A stretch of DNA of 64,000 nucleotides from Nitrospirota bacterium (GTDB lineage Bacteria; Nitrospirota; UBA9217): positions 1 to 64,000 of the forward strand of contig CAVUHW010000043.1 in NCBI GenBank assembly GCA_963741205.1, given 5' to 3'. The position numbers were made by a program, and so were the translations under genes. This document shows positions 19,552 through 30,654 of this stretch, piece by piece. The notes beneath the pieces were generated by a model, which searched no databases, had not been told where the DNA came from, and was given only the letters and a program-made list of their open reading frames with translations. The stretch's first letter is position 1, and each line of letters opens with the position of its first letter.

Positions 19552-21884
19552 ATGAATAAAAACAGCAATATATTGAGGACCGCTACTGGGAATATTATTT
19601 CTTTGCATGTTATGGCAAGGGGCCACAGCCCATGCCGCGCTGCGCGCAGTAGGCGCGGTCGATCCCGCGAACGGCTTCCCGGCTTGGTATCAGGATTTTA
19701 ACGGGACCTCGATCGAACCCTGTCTGGACCAGAACTGCCCGACATGTGCGTTTTGCCACCGGAGTTCGACCCTGCCATAACCGCTCCACCAGCCCTTCAA
19801 ATAATCACTCCCGGCCCCGCGACCGGCCTTACGCCGCTCAATTTCCCCGTCGAGCTTTTCTATTTTCTGGCGCAGAATCTCCAAGACGTCGGGCCCACAT
19901 TGACCTCGAAGTTCGTTCTGAGAATAGCGCTGGAGGGGGCTTTCGTTCCTGCGGTAGTGCCACGGAAGTCAAACCGCTTTCATCAGGATCAACTTGAAGG
20001 CTCTGCACGGTCTGACGCCGAACAGCACCTACATCGTGACCCACCCCTACGGCACCTTCACGTTCCAAACTGATGCTGCTCGGAAATAACTTCCCCAGAG
20101 TCAATGGCCAGACTTTCCGCGCGGAAGACGGCTGCGTTGCGCGCCCTGCGGAGCCTTTGACCAGCTTCTTCCGGCGACCAATACGAACATGGGGCCTTTC
20201 CTGCGCGCCGAGCCGCCCGCTCCGTTTATCGTGAACAGTGCAGATGGAAAGTCTTACATCGGGGACCCGTTGATTGCCGTCGAAGTAACCGGGAGCCCTA
20301 CAGGAAATAATTTTGTTCAGATAGACGGACCGGACATCGGCGGCACCGGTCTCAACACGATCAGGAACACCTTTTTCAATCTCTCGGGGAAACTGGGCCC
20401 CTTGTCGGTAGACAAGACCGCAATCACCTTCCTGCCGCAGAAGCCTGCGCCGTTCAAGACCACCTCAGGGCTCATCACGGTAACGAACCTGCACACGGTC
20501 AATCCGCTTACTATCGGCGTCATTGCGTTCGCTGGAGCGAACGCAGCAGATTTTACGCTCACGCCGGGAGCTGATCTCTGCTCCGGCAAGGCGCTTGCCC
20601 CGGCAGGTACTTGTACCTTTTCCGTGGATTTCAGCGGACCGCCCCCGGACGGGACCATGCTCGCGGACATAAATATCCCGGCAACGATCAATACTACGGG
20701 GATTCCGGTGACCCCAATCGCTGTGTCGGGATTCCTCAGGGCCAGCGGTGTTATCGACTCCACACCGCCTACCATAACTTCGACGACACCCGCGAACAAC
20801 GCCGTGGATGTGCCCGCCAATCACATTATCACCGCCACGTTCAGCGAGCCGGTGACGCTCGTCACTGCGACGACTTTTATACTGTCCACCGCCGGGACCC
20901 CGACCGTGGACGGGACGGTGACCTACGATGCCGCGAGCAATACCGCCACATTTAGGCCGGCAGCGAACCTCACGTCCAATGTCACCTACTCGGCAACGAT
21001 CACGACCGGTGTAACGGATATCGCCGGTAACGCCCTCGTAAATCCTGTTGTTCTCAATTTCCTGACGACCTTGCCCGATACCACACCGCCGCTGGTGACT
21101 TCCAACACTCCCACGGCAAACGCTATCGGCGTGCGCGCGGACCAGCCCATTACCGTTACATTCAATGAACCGGTGGACGCTTCGACCGTGAATGCAACGT
21201 CGTTTTTCCTGAGCAACGGTGTCACAGGTACCGTGGCCTATGATCCTGGCGACCAAAACAGCCACCTTCACTCCTCAGCCGCCCTTGGCGTTCAACCAGG
21301 CCTACAAGGTGACGATAAGCGAGGATGTAACGAGTCTCGGAAAGGTCCCCATGGCTGCTCCCTTCACTTTCTCATTCGTTACAAACGGCGCCCCTGGCCA
21401 GCCACGGCTCTATTCTCCGCTGAACGGCCAGACCGGGGTCGGCTCGTCAGTGGACCTCGTATGGTTCAAGTCGAAGGACCCCGATGGGGAGACCATTACC
21501 TATCATTTGACTTACTGCACGAATCCCTCCATGTTCAATTGCACGCCGGTGGACGTCGCGGCCAGTCCGTCCCTGCACAATAACCTTGCGTCTCTTGGCG
21601 GGTACGGCGCCGGGATGCTCTTGGCTGGCATTGCCATAGCCGGAGGAGTGAGATCGCGTAAGAAGTTGTTTTTCTTCATTGCCGTGCTATTACTTTCCGG
21701 AATGATGACCGCTGCGTGTCATAGTTCGAACAGCGGTTCCACTATCAGCGTGGACCCGGCCTCTTTGATGACGAAGACTGTCACGGGCCTCAGCCCCGGT
21801 AAGACCTATTTCTGGAAAGTCGTCGCCGATGACGGCAACGGTGCGCTGATAGAGAGCGATACATGGTCTTTTTCAACTAAGTAG
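19552..21884 (+). CDS. Large secreted Ig-like surface protein, paralog 3 (frameshifted)
   Basis: AHA-ALRAVGAVDPANGFPAWYQD head, Big_5-like repeats and the same C-terminal module. Start is approximate. Confidence 0.78.
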
Positions 21885-22043
21885 CAGGAGATAATAAATC
21901 GACGCAGGCGAGATCCGCCCCGTCTTACAATCACATGGACGAAAGGAGAGGACTAGTCAGCAATAATCAACGCAGCAGATTTCACCTAGGGAGTTTATAG
22001 GCTTACAGCCAACAAAAAAAGAAATTAAGAGGAGGAAAAAGTC

Positions 22044-23273
22044 ATGAAGACCAAAATATTATTTGCTATCATGCCGCTGGTGCTTGTCGCCCTTATGTTC
22101 GCGGGCTGTAGCAGCAATAGCAGCAGCACACCAGCACCGACTACTCGCACGCAGGCGACGACCGGCGTTGTTACGGGCTTCGGCAGTGTATTCGTCAACG
22201 GTATAGAATTCACAAAGAATGCAAGCGTTACCGATGCTGACGCCGTTACATTCAAATTCGATGACACGCATCCGGGGCAAGCAGGCCTAAAGATCGGTAT
22301 GATGGTCACGGTAAAAGGCGCTGTAGATCCCGCGACAAATAAAGGAGAATTTGAGTCGATTGAGTTCAATCCCGAAGTAAGGGGACCGGCGGATTCGCTC
22401 ACAAGCGCGGCCTCGAATACAATCAAGATAATGGGGCATGATGTGGTCACAAGCGCTACCACGTCATTCGAAGGCACTACCGCTATTCCGACTTTGACCG
22501 ACCTTAAGAACCAGCTCGCCGGCGCAAAACATCCTGAAGTAGAGGTCAGCGGCCACACAGACAGTGCCGGCGTGTTCCACGCGACTCGCCTTTCGGTCAA
22601 GGCGGATGATTTCGGCGTAAGCGGCAAAGTTAATCTTCACGGTAAAATAACGAGCGCCCCCACAGATACAACCGGCGGGAAAACATTTGATGTGGGGGGC
22701 ACTGTCATACGTCGTAACGGCGATCTACCGTATGTCAAACATAACACAGGCTTGATCCAAGGGGCCGCTGTCGAGGTCAAGGGGACTCTGAGCGACGGCG
22801 TCCTGACCGCGGACCGCATTGAAAGCAATAAGGGCGTGGGCGAAGGGGTCGAGGTGGAGGACAATGTCAGCATCCAGGGAATTGCCACGGGATCGCTATC
22901 AGGCGGTTCCTTCACCCTGAATGGACCGAACGGAGTGGCCACGATTAGCGTCAACAATGCAACGGTGTTTAGCGGAGGTGCAGGAGATGCGAGTATCGTT
23001 GCCGCGAACGCCATGGTTGAGGTAGAAGGGACGCTTCAGGCCGATGGTACCGTCCTTGCTACTAAGGTCAAATCAGAGACAGAAATCGAAAATGAAACGC
23101 ATGGCGGCGAAGTTGCTGGCGGTGGCGAAACTGGCGGTGGTGGCGGCGGTGGCGGCGGAACCACACAACTGGGAAGTGATGTGCCATTAAACCAAGGGGC
23201 TAGTTATCTAGCCCCTTTTTTCGCCGGAAAAGGGGATAATTTTTGGGTTGTTTCTAACCATGTAACTTTTTAA
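22044..23273 (+). CDS. DUF5666-repeat lipoprotein
   Basis: Lipobox FAG-C, GVVTGFGSVFVNG and repeated VEVxG motifs. The true stop is probably before the hairpin at 23196. Confidence 0.82.
   Translation: MKTKILFAIMPLVLVALMFAGCSSNSSSTPAPTTRTQATTGVVTGFGSVFVNGIEFTKNASVTDADAVTFKFDDTHPGQAGLKIGMMVTVKGAVDPATNKGEFESIEFNPEVRGPADSLTSAASNTIKIMGHDVVTSATTSFEGTTAIPTLTDLKNQLAGAKHPEVEVSGHTDSAGVFHATRLSVKADDFGVSGKVNLHGKITSAPTDTTGGKTFDVGGTVIRRNGDLPYVKHNTGLIQGAAVEVKGTLSDGVLTADRIESNKGVGEGVEVEDNVSIQGIATGSLSGGSFTLNGPNGVATISVNNATVFSGGAGDASIVAANAMVEVEGTLQADGTVLATKVKSETEIENETHGGEVAGGGETGGGGGGGGGTTQLGSDVPLNQGASYLAPFFAGKGDNFWVVSNHVTF
23196..23222 (+). terminator. Terminator
   Basis: AAGGGGCTAG-TTAT-CTAGCCCCTT followed by a T-run. 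Confidence 0.7.
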
Positions 23274-23318
23274 CCACTGGTTCGTCTTATGTAAAGGATT
23301 TAAAAGGAGGACTCAACC

Positions 23319-24750
23319 ATGAAAGCTAAACTATTAAATATCGTCATTTCTGTGACGCTCCTTGGCCTGATGTTTACCGGCTGTAATAGTGGCAGCAGCG
23401 ACAGCGGCACTCAAAGTCCGGGAAATGGCGCCAACCCTACACTTTCAACAACAGTAGCGGTAGGGGCCATGACCAAGGGAAGCATCAAGTTAAACGGCGT
23501 GGAATTCCAACCTAGCGCGACCATAACCGTTACCGAAGACAACATCACCAAACCCGAATCATTCCTGGATAACGGTATGACGGTGAAGGTGAAAGGTACG
23601 GTCAATGCCGACGGCCGTCACCGGGACTGCGGAGAAGGTTGCAGTGGTGAGCGAGGCAAGGGGTGCCATTACCTCAAAAGGGACCGATACCTTGACGATC
23701 CATGGCCAGACCGTGCTGATTGACGGCGGAACGTTCCTTGCTCCTGCCGGAGCGACACTTGCACAGGGCGATAATATCGAGGTGCACGGCGGCAGGGATG
23801 ACACTGGCATTATTCATGCGACTCGAGTTGAGAAGCTGGCTGCGGGCGCCGGGACGAACGAGGTGAGGGGCGTGGTCAGCGGAAAGACAGGCACACAATT
23901 TAGCATCGGCGGCCTGCCGATCACATTTGCTCCCAGCGTGGTTGGTGCCGGCAGGTGCGGCCTTTGCAGACGGGGACGTTGTCGAAGTGCAGTTAAGTGT
24001 AAGCGGGAACACAGCGACGCAGATCACGGTGGAACATCTTCAGGAGGCCGAGTTCGAACCGGTGCAAGGCCAGGAGTTCTCATTCGAGGGTGTCCTTTCC
24101 GGTTACGGTTCAACCAGCACCTTTAACGTCGGTACCCAGCAGGTGCAGCTTGCTGCGAACACCACTATTCTCGGCGGTGTGCTGACGGACCTCGTCAACG
24201 GTTTGAAGGTGGAAGCCGAAGGCCACAACGTAACAAGTGGGGTTCTGACGGCCGAAAAAATTACCATCAAGGAAAGTATCCGAATCCAGGCGAACGCGGA
24301 AGGGTCGGATGCAGCCAATGTTCTGTCCTGGGTAAGTCCCTCCAGACTACGTCCCTGGTCAAACTGAGCAGCAATCTGTCGAGCATAGCAACCATTACGA
24401 CAGGCGACGGTCTCAGCATCCGCGGGTTCGTAAACACGGACGGCACCACCATCACGGCCACGCGGGTGGACAAAGTCAGCCCGGTCCAGAACAACAAGAT
24501 CATCCTCCAGGGGCCGGTGAAAAATATTGACGCAACAGGGCACACCTTCGTGATCATGGGCATTTCGGTGAGCACCGATTCCAACACAATTGCGCGGCCG
24601 AACGACGACAACGGCACGGACACTCTGACAATGCCGATGGCCGATTTCTTTTCAGCTCTTACGGAGGGCAGGACCATCGTGAAGGCAAAAGGAACCTTCT
24701 CTGGAGGTACTACGCCTACGCTAACGGCAACGGAAATAGAGCTTGAATAA
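23319..24750 (+). CDS. Second DUF5666-repeat lipoprotein (frameshifted)
   Basis: Lipobox FTG-C, KGSIKLNGVEF, IHATRVE, ends LTATEIELE. Confidence 0.78.
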
Positions 24751-24767
24751 TGACTGAATTCCCACTG

Positions 24768-24794
24768 GGCGGCCGATAAGGCCGCCTTTTTTTT
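24768..24794 (+). terminator. Terminator
   Basis: GGCGGCC-GATAA-GGCCGCC followed by a T8 run. Confidence 0.75.
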
Positions 24795-24918
24795 GTGTAT
24801 AAAGAGCATGACGCTTTGTACTTCAATGCTGGCGTGCGGGGTATGGTTCTGGCCGACGAAATGGAGGCGCAAGTCCTTAACTGTCCGGAATACAGCGACA
24901 TCTCACCGACTCGGGAAA

Positions 24919-25883
24919 TTACCCCCGCAGGTGACAGTCCACGAAGTGGCCGCCTCCCAGGTCGGTGGTGCGCGGGACGATCTTGTCGCAGGGTTCGAAG
25001 CGGTAGATGCAGCGGGTGTGGAAGCGGCAGCCGGGCGGGATGTGCGTGGGGCTCGGGATGTCTCCCTTGAGCAGGATGTGCTTCTTCTTCACCGTAGGGT
25101 CCGGGACCGGGATATCGGCAAGCAGCGCCTCGGTGTAAGGGTGCGAAGGATTGCGGTAGATTTCTTCGGAGGGCGCGATCTCCATGATCTTCCCGAGATA
25201 CATTACGACCACGCGGTCGGAGAAATGGCGCACGATGTTGAGGTCATGGGCGATGAACAGGAACGAGAGCTTCATCTCGTCTCGCAGGTCTTCGAGAAGA
25301 TTGATGATCTGGGCCTGGACGGAAACATCGAGGGCCGATACGGGTTCGTCTGCCACGATGAACGAAGGCCCGCTCGCGAGCGCCCGCGCAATGCCTACCC
25401 TCTGCCGCTGACCGCCTGAGAATTCGTGAGGATAGCGGCGGAGGGCATCGGCCGCCAATCCGACTTTTTCGAGCAGCGCAGCGCCTCGTTGCTTCGAGTT
25501 CGCTTTTTTTCGCCAGCCCGTGGATCACGAGCGGCTCGGTGATGATCTCCTGGATGCGCATGCGGGGATTGAGCGATGCGAAGGGGTCCTGGAAGATGAT
25601 CTGCATGTTCTTCCGGAGTTCCCGGAGTTCCTGTTTGTCGAGGGAGCCCAGATCTCTTCCCTCGAAGCACACGCTCCCGGACGTGGGCTCCAGCAGCCTG
25701 AGCGCAAGCCTGCCGAGCGTGGATTTGCCGCATCCGCTCTCGCCGACGAGTCCCACAGCCTCTCCTCGCGCGACGGAGAGCGTGACGCCGTCGACAGCCG
25801 TCGCCGCGAGCGTCTTTCCCAGCCCCGCTTTTACGGGAAAGATCTTATAGAGGTTGTCTAAGAAGAGCAGTTCGTTCAGTCAT
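24919..25883 (-). CDS. Oligo/dipeptide ABC transporter ATP-binding subunit (OppF/DppF-like, frameshifted)
   Basis: [29 protein letters not shown] and GCRFHTRC. Confidence 0.9.
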
Positions 25884-25992
25884 AGACTATTGTCAGAATT
25901 GACGTATTATCGGAAATCGCTTGTCGATTCAAGACATTCTCGCCTCGGGCAAGCCGGAATCGTTGTTCATTCCGCATTCCGCATTCCATGGT

Positions 25993-26956
25993 TCACTTCG
26001 CTTCCCAGCACCGCACCAGATGTCCGGGCTTCACTTCCACGAGTTCCGGGCTCTGCCTCGCATTTGCCGGTCCTGATGTCGCAGCGCGGCGAAAACGTGC
26101 AGCCTTTCGGCAGATCATGAAGCTGCGGCACGGTCCCCGCGATCGTACGCAGCCGTTTCCTTCCCTCTTCCCCGGGTTTGGGGATCGAGGCCATGAGCCC
26201 CCGCGTATAGGGATGCTGGGGGTTCGCGAAAAGCTCTCCGGTCTCCGCCTGTTCAACGATTCGTCCCGCATACATCACCGCCACTTCGTGGGCCCGCTCT
26301 GCGATCAGGCCGAGGTCATGGGTGACCAGGACCATGGCCATGCCCATCTCGGCCTGGATCGTGCTCAGCAGTTCGAGAATGTGCGCCTGGATCGTGACGT
26401 CGAGCGCGGTCGTCGGCTCATCGGCAAGGATGAGCGAAGGCTTGCATGCGATGGCCATGGCGATCATGACCCGCTGGCGCATGCCGCCCGAGAGCTGGTG
26501 CGGGTATTCATTCACACGTTTTTCCGGGGAGGGGATGCCCACGGAATGCAGGAGGTCTACGGCCGCGGCCATGGCTTGCTTTTTCGATGCATGCCGGTGG
26601 GTGGTCAGGACTTCGGCGATCTGGTTGCCCACGGTGAAAACGGGATTCAGCGCGGTCATGGGCTCCTGAAAGATCATGGATATCCGCGCCCCCCGAATGG
26701 TCCGCATCTCCTCGTCGGAGAGCAGGCGAGCAGGTCCGCGCCTTCGAAGAAGATCTTTCCGGAAACGATCTTGCCGGGATAGGGAACGAGGTTCAGGATG
26801 GAGAGTGCGGTCACGGTCTTGCCGCACCCCGATTCGCCGACCAGGCCGAGCACCCGGCCCTTCTGGAGCTTGAGGCTCAGGTTGTCGACGGCCTTGATCA
26901 CGCCCGGCGCGGGTAAAAAAATGCGTGGTGAGGCCCTGTATGTCGAGAAGGTCCAA
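25993..26956 (-). CDS. Oligo/dipeptide ABC transporter ATP-binding subunit (OppD/DppD-like, frameshifted)
   Basis: GESGCGKT, YPHQLSGGMRQR and DEPTTALD. TTG start inferred. Confidence 0.9.
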
Positions 26957-26970
26957 CGGAGAGGCTCCGC

Positions 26971-27700
26971 TCAGGGATTCTGGGGCTTTACAAAATTCAA
27001 GTATGTCCGTCATGGCATTGTTGTCGGGATCGAACACGAGCGCTTCCCGCCATTCCTCTTCGGCGAGACCGTAAAAGCCCTGCGAGTAATAGGTGATGCC
27101 GAGGTGCAGCCGCGCGGGGATATACTTGGGATTGCACTCTTTGGCGCGGTTGAATTCCTTGATCGCCTCGTCGTATGACCCCTTGTCGCGGTAGGCGATG
27201 CCGAGGCGGGTGATGATGTCCGCGAAGTTCGGCGAGAGGCGGAGGGCCTTCTGATATTCATCGATCGCTTCATCGAGGAGCCGCAAGATCGTAGTACATG
27301 TTCCCGAGGCGCAAAGTGCTCGTCAGCAAGCTTGCCTTTGATAAAGGGATCGATTGCCCGCCGTGGCCGTTACGGACTTTCCATCCTGGTCGGTGAAGCG
27401 CGCGGCGCGCTCAAAGACCTCGCGCGCCTTCTCGTACTTGCCGAGGTCGCTGTAGGTGATGGCCAGATTGAGCGATGCCTCGGTGTAGCCGGGGTTAATG
27501 TCCAGCGCTTTTTCAAACGCCTGGGCCGCGAGCTCAAGCCTGTTGGTCTGATGGTAGATGATGCCGAGCTTGTTCTGGATATCGGCGAACATCGGTTTCG
27601 CAGTCAGTACCTCGCGAAAGAGTTGCTCTGCCTTTTCGTAATCACCTTTATCGAATGCTTCGGTACCCACTTTGTATAAGTCGTCGAGCTTTGGCGGCAT
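26971..27700 (-). CDS. Tetratricopeptide-repeat protein (frameshifted)
   Basis: Repeated TPR motifs such as FADIQNKLG and EAIDEYQKALRLSPNFAD. Confidence 0.82.
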
Positions 27701-28046
27701 GTTTGCTCCATCAGAATAGATTCGCTGTTGTATTAGGCAGGTGCAAAAAAAATTTAGCATACCTCGACCTGATATGTCAATGACAAACCAAGAGACCATT
27801 TACGCAAGTTTATCGGGGTAGCCATGCGGCAGTGAAACAATACGGTCCCAGTTCTGGGGGCGGACCCTTAGGCTGGAACGGTTTTATCACATGAGAAAGT
27901 AAAATTTTCCAGAACGCTCCGCTTTCCCCGTTGCCGCTGTGGCTATGCAGCTACAGAAATGTATAGTAACCGAGGCATTTTTACCACAAAAATAACACCC
28001 GGAAATTAAGTTGCTGTTTCACATGCTTTATTTAGTAACCCGATCA

Positions 28047-28062
28047 TGGCATGTCAATTGCT
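28047..28062 (+). promoter_or_regulatory. Sigma54 promoter upstream of lpxC
   Basis: TGGCAT-GTCAA-TTGCT, ending 27 nt before the ATG. Confidence 0.6.
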
Positions 28063-28089
28063 TTGGTTTTACGAAGAAAGGATGACATC

Positions 28090-28998
28090 ATGATCAGATT
28101 GCAGCGGACAATCAAGAGCAGTATCTCCTGTCAAGGCATCGGACTCCATTCCGGCAAGCTCGTGAAGATGACGCTCAAACCTGCCCCGGCAGACACCGGC
28201 ATCGTGTTCATCTCGCACCGATCTGGGCGGCGCCCAGATCCGGGCGATTGCTGCCAACACCGCATCAACGAGCCATGCAACCACGCTCAGGCAAAACGGC
28301 GTATCCGTCATGACCGTCGAGCACATTCTGTCTGCATTTGCCGGCCTAAATATTGATAACGCCTTTATTGAGATCGATGCGGAGGAGATTCCGATCATGG
28401 ACGGCAGCGCCCGGCCCTTTGTTCGGCTCATCGCCGACGCAGGCATCCAGCCGCAGGAAAAGCTCCAGCCCATGCTTAAGGTGATCAGGCCAATTTCGTG
28501 CGCGAAGGCAACAAGCAACTCGCTATCTGGCCCGCCGAGAGAGCGAGCATATCCTACTTTATCGACTTCAACCATCCCATGCTGAAGGAGCAGAGCCTGC
28601 ACTTTCAGCCGTCGGAAGAGGCGTTTCTGCGAGAGGTGTCGGATGCCCGGACCTTCGGGTTCCTGAGCGATGTCAAGACTCTCCAAGCCAACGGCTTAGC
28701 CAAGGGGGCGTCTTTGGACAACGCCGTGGCACTCGGCGAGGATTCCGTTTTGAACGAAGACGGTCTCCGGTACAAGGATGAGTTCGTTCGGCACAAGATC
28801 CTCGACCTCATCGGCGACATGTCGCTTGTGGGCATGCCCATAATCGGTCACATCGTGGCGCATAAGTCCGGCCACGGCCTGAACTCGAAGATGGCGGAGA
28901 AGCTCCTCGCGAACGCGGAGAGCTGGGTGCTCATTGGGGCGTCCGATTCGGCCGAGGTTAAACGGCAGGAGCCTGAGTTCCAGCACGCAGTTCTGTAA
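28090..28998 (+). CDS. lpxC: UDP-3-O-acyl-GlcNAc deacetylase (frameshifted)
   Basis: [37 protein letters not shown] and KSGH. Confidence 0.95.
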
Positions 28999-29021
28999 AA
29001 ATATCAAGGAGGGTTAACCCA

Positions 29022-29056
29022 AAAGCCGGCATCTGTATATGATGCCGGCTTTTTTT
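29022..29056. terminator. Bidirectional terminator
   Basis: AAAGCCGGCATC/GATGCCGGCTTT with a T-run. Confidence 0.75.
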
Positions 29057-29179
29057 GTGCCGGCGTCACTGAGGCAAGCGAAAAGCCTGAGAGTCAGTCG
29101 CCGGTACTTCCATAGGAAAAAGCTTTCAGTCTCGACTTTTTTTTCACCATCCCCGGGCAGACCATTAAAGAAGAACCCG

Positions 29180-29563
29180 CTACTCTTTTTTCTCCTTCAG
29201 CAGATCTTTGAGAGCGGCAAACGGCTTGTAGGTGGAAGGTTGATCTTTTTCGGCAGGCGCCGTTTTGCCGAACGACTCTTCATCCAGATATTTCTGATGT
29301 TCATTGTCGTGGCAGTACAGGCACAAGAGCTCCCAGTTGCTGCCGTCAGGCGGGTTGTTGTCATGGTTGTGGTCTTTGTGATGGACCGTCAGTTCGCGAA
29401 GCTTTTTGCCGGAGAATTCGCGCCCACACCGTGCACAAATGTGGGGGTACATCTTGAGCGTCTGCTCCCGATAGTCCTTTTCCCGGAGTTCCCGGCTTCG
29501 CCGGGCCTCGGCGACGATCTGGTCCTTCCTGTCGACGTCTCGCTCAGATTTATTTGAGGTCAT
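29180..29563 (-). CDS. yajD: YajD-family HNH nuclease
   Basis: YREQTLK..PHICARCGREF, ELTVHHKDHNHDNNPPDGSNWELLCLYCHDNEH. Confidence 0.9.
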   Translation of the reverse strand: MTSNKSERDVDRKDQIVAEARRSRELREKDYREQTLKMYPHICARCGREFSGKKLRELTVHHKDHNHDNNPPDGSNWELLCLYCHDNEHQKYLDEESFGKTAPAEKDQPSTYKPFAALKDLLKEKKE

Positions 29564-29609
29564 GGGTGCATACTCCCATCATTCGATCGGGTAAAGCCGG
29601 CGGCAGGTA

Positions 29610-30611
29610 TTATGCTTGCACTGACGCGGCCATGCTGCATGACAAATTCGCGAAGAATTCTCCGATTTCTCTTTCCACGTCTCCTGCTCTCTCCAGATGG
29701 TTCACTTTTTCCCTGAACTCCGCCCCTCCGGGCAGGCCCTTCGTGTACCAGCAAAGGTGCTTGCGCATTTCGCGTACACCGGTATTCTCGCCGACCAGTC
29801 TGATCATGTCATTCACGTGACGGAGCATGACCGCTCGACGTTCCTCATGAGACGGATGCGTGGGAACAACGCCTGTTTCAAGATACTGCTTCGCTTCGCG
29901 GAATATCCAGGGATTGCCTTGAATCGCCCTGCCGATCATGACGCCGTCGCAACCGGTCTCGTCCTTCATCCGTTTCGCGTCCTGCGCCGTGCGCACATCC
30001 CCGTTCCCGATCACCGGGATACCGACGGATTCCTTGACTATCTTGATCATGCTCCAGTCCGCATTGCCAGAAAAACCTTGTGCTTTTGTCCTGCCGTGCA
30101 CGGTGACCGCGGCGATGCCGACGGATTCCGCCGCCAGGGCGAGGTCCTCGGCTACGATATTTCTTGCGTCCCATCCGAGACGGAGCTTCACGGTTACCGG
30201 AACCCTGGAGGCCCTCACGACCGCGGACATGATTTCCTTCGCCAGTCCGATATCCCGCAGCAGCGCCGCCCCCGCGCCGCTTTTTAAGATTTTCGGGACG
30301 GGACAACCCATGTTGATATCGATGAAATCCACCTCTCCCCGCGACACGATGTGCGCCGCCTCCGCCATGGACGCGGGCTTCGATCCGAAGATCTGGAACA
30401 CCACCGGTCTCTCGCCAGGGTCGGTCCTCAGCATGCCCTGGGTGCGTCTGTGCTCCCGGATCAACGCTTCGACGCTTACCATTTCCGAAAACACGAGCCC
30501 GGCACCCATTTCCTTGCAGATCAGGCGGAAGGGGAAGTCTGTGATCCCGGCCATGGGCGCGAGGACAAGGGGATTGTTTTTAAGAATTTCCTGGATTGAG
30601 CATGTGGCCAT
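29610..30611 (-). CDS. dusB: tRNA-dihydrouridine synthase B
   Basis: LAPMAGITD, DINMGCP, TVHGRT and GNGD motifs. Confidence 0.92.
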   Translation of the reverse strand: MATCSIQEILKNNPLVLAPMAGITDFPFRLICKEMGAGLVFSEMVSVEALIREHRRTQGMLRTDPGERPVVFQIFGSKPASMAEAAHIVSRGEVDFIDINMGCPVPKILKSGAGAALLRDIGLAKEIMSAVVRASRVPVTVKLRLGWDARNIVAEDLALAAESVGIAAVTVHGRTKAQGFSGNADWSMIKIVKESVGIPVIGNGDVRTAQDAKRMKDETGCDGVMIGRAIQGNPWIFREAKQYLETGVVPTHPSHEERRAVMLRHVNDMIRLVGENTGVREMRKHLCWYTKGLPGGAEFREKVNHLERAGDVEREIGEFFANLSCSMAASVQA

Positions 30612-30654
30612 TATAACCGAAAGGAATTCAAATGCGAAAGCTTTTTGAATAATC

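Noticed and set aside
23170-23273. C-terminal extension of the first DUF5666 protein
   Set aside because: It reads through a clear terminator, so it is probably an indel artefact.
25967-27286. TPR-ABC ATPase fusion suggested by the 439-aa ORF
   Set aside because: Indels join the frames. The TPR gene has its own stop near 26971 and the ATPase has a TTG start at 26956.
29180-29563. HNH nuclease as a defence or homing element
   Set aside because: It is a typical YajD-family protein in housekeeping context with no mobile features.
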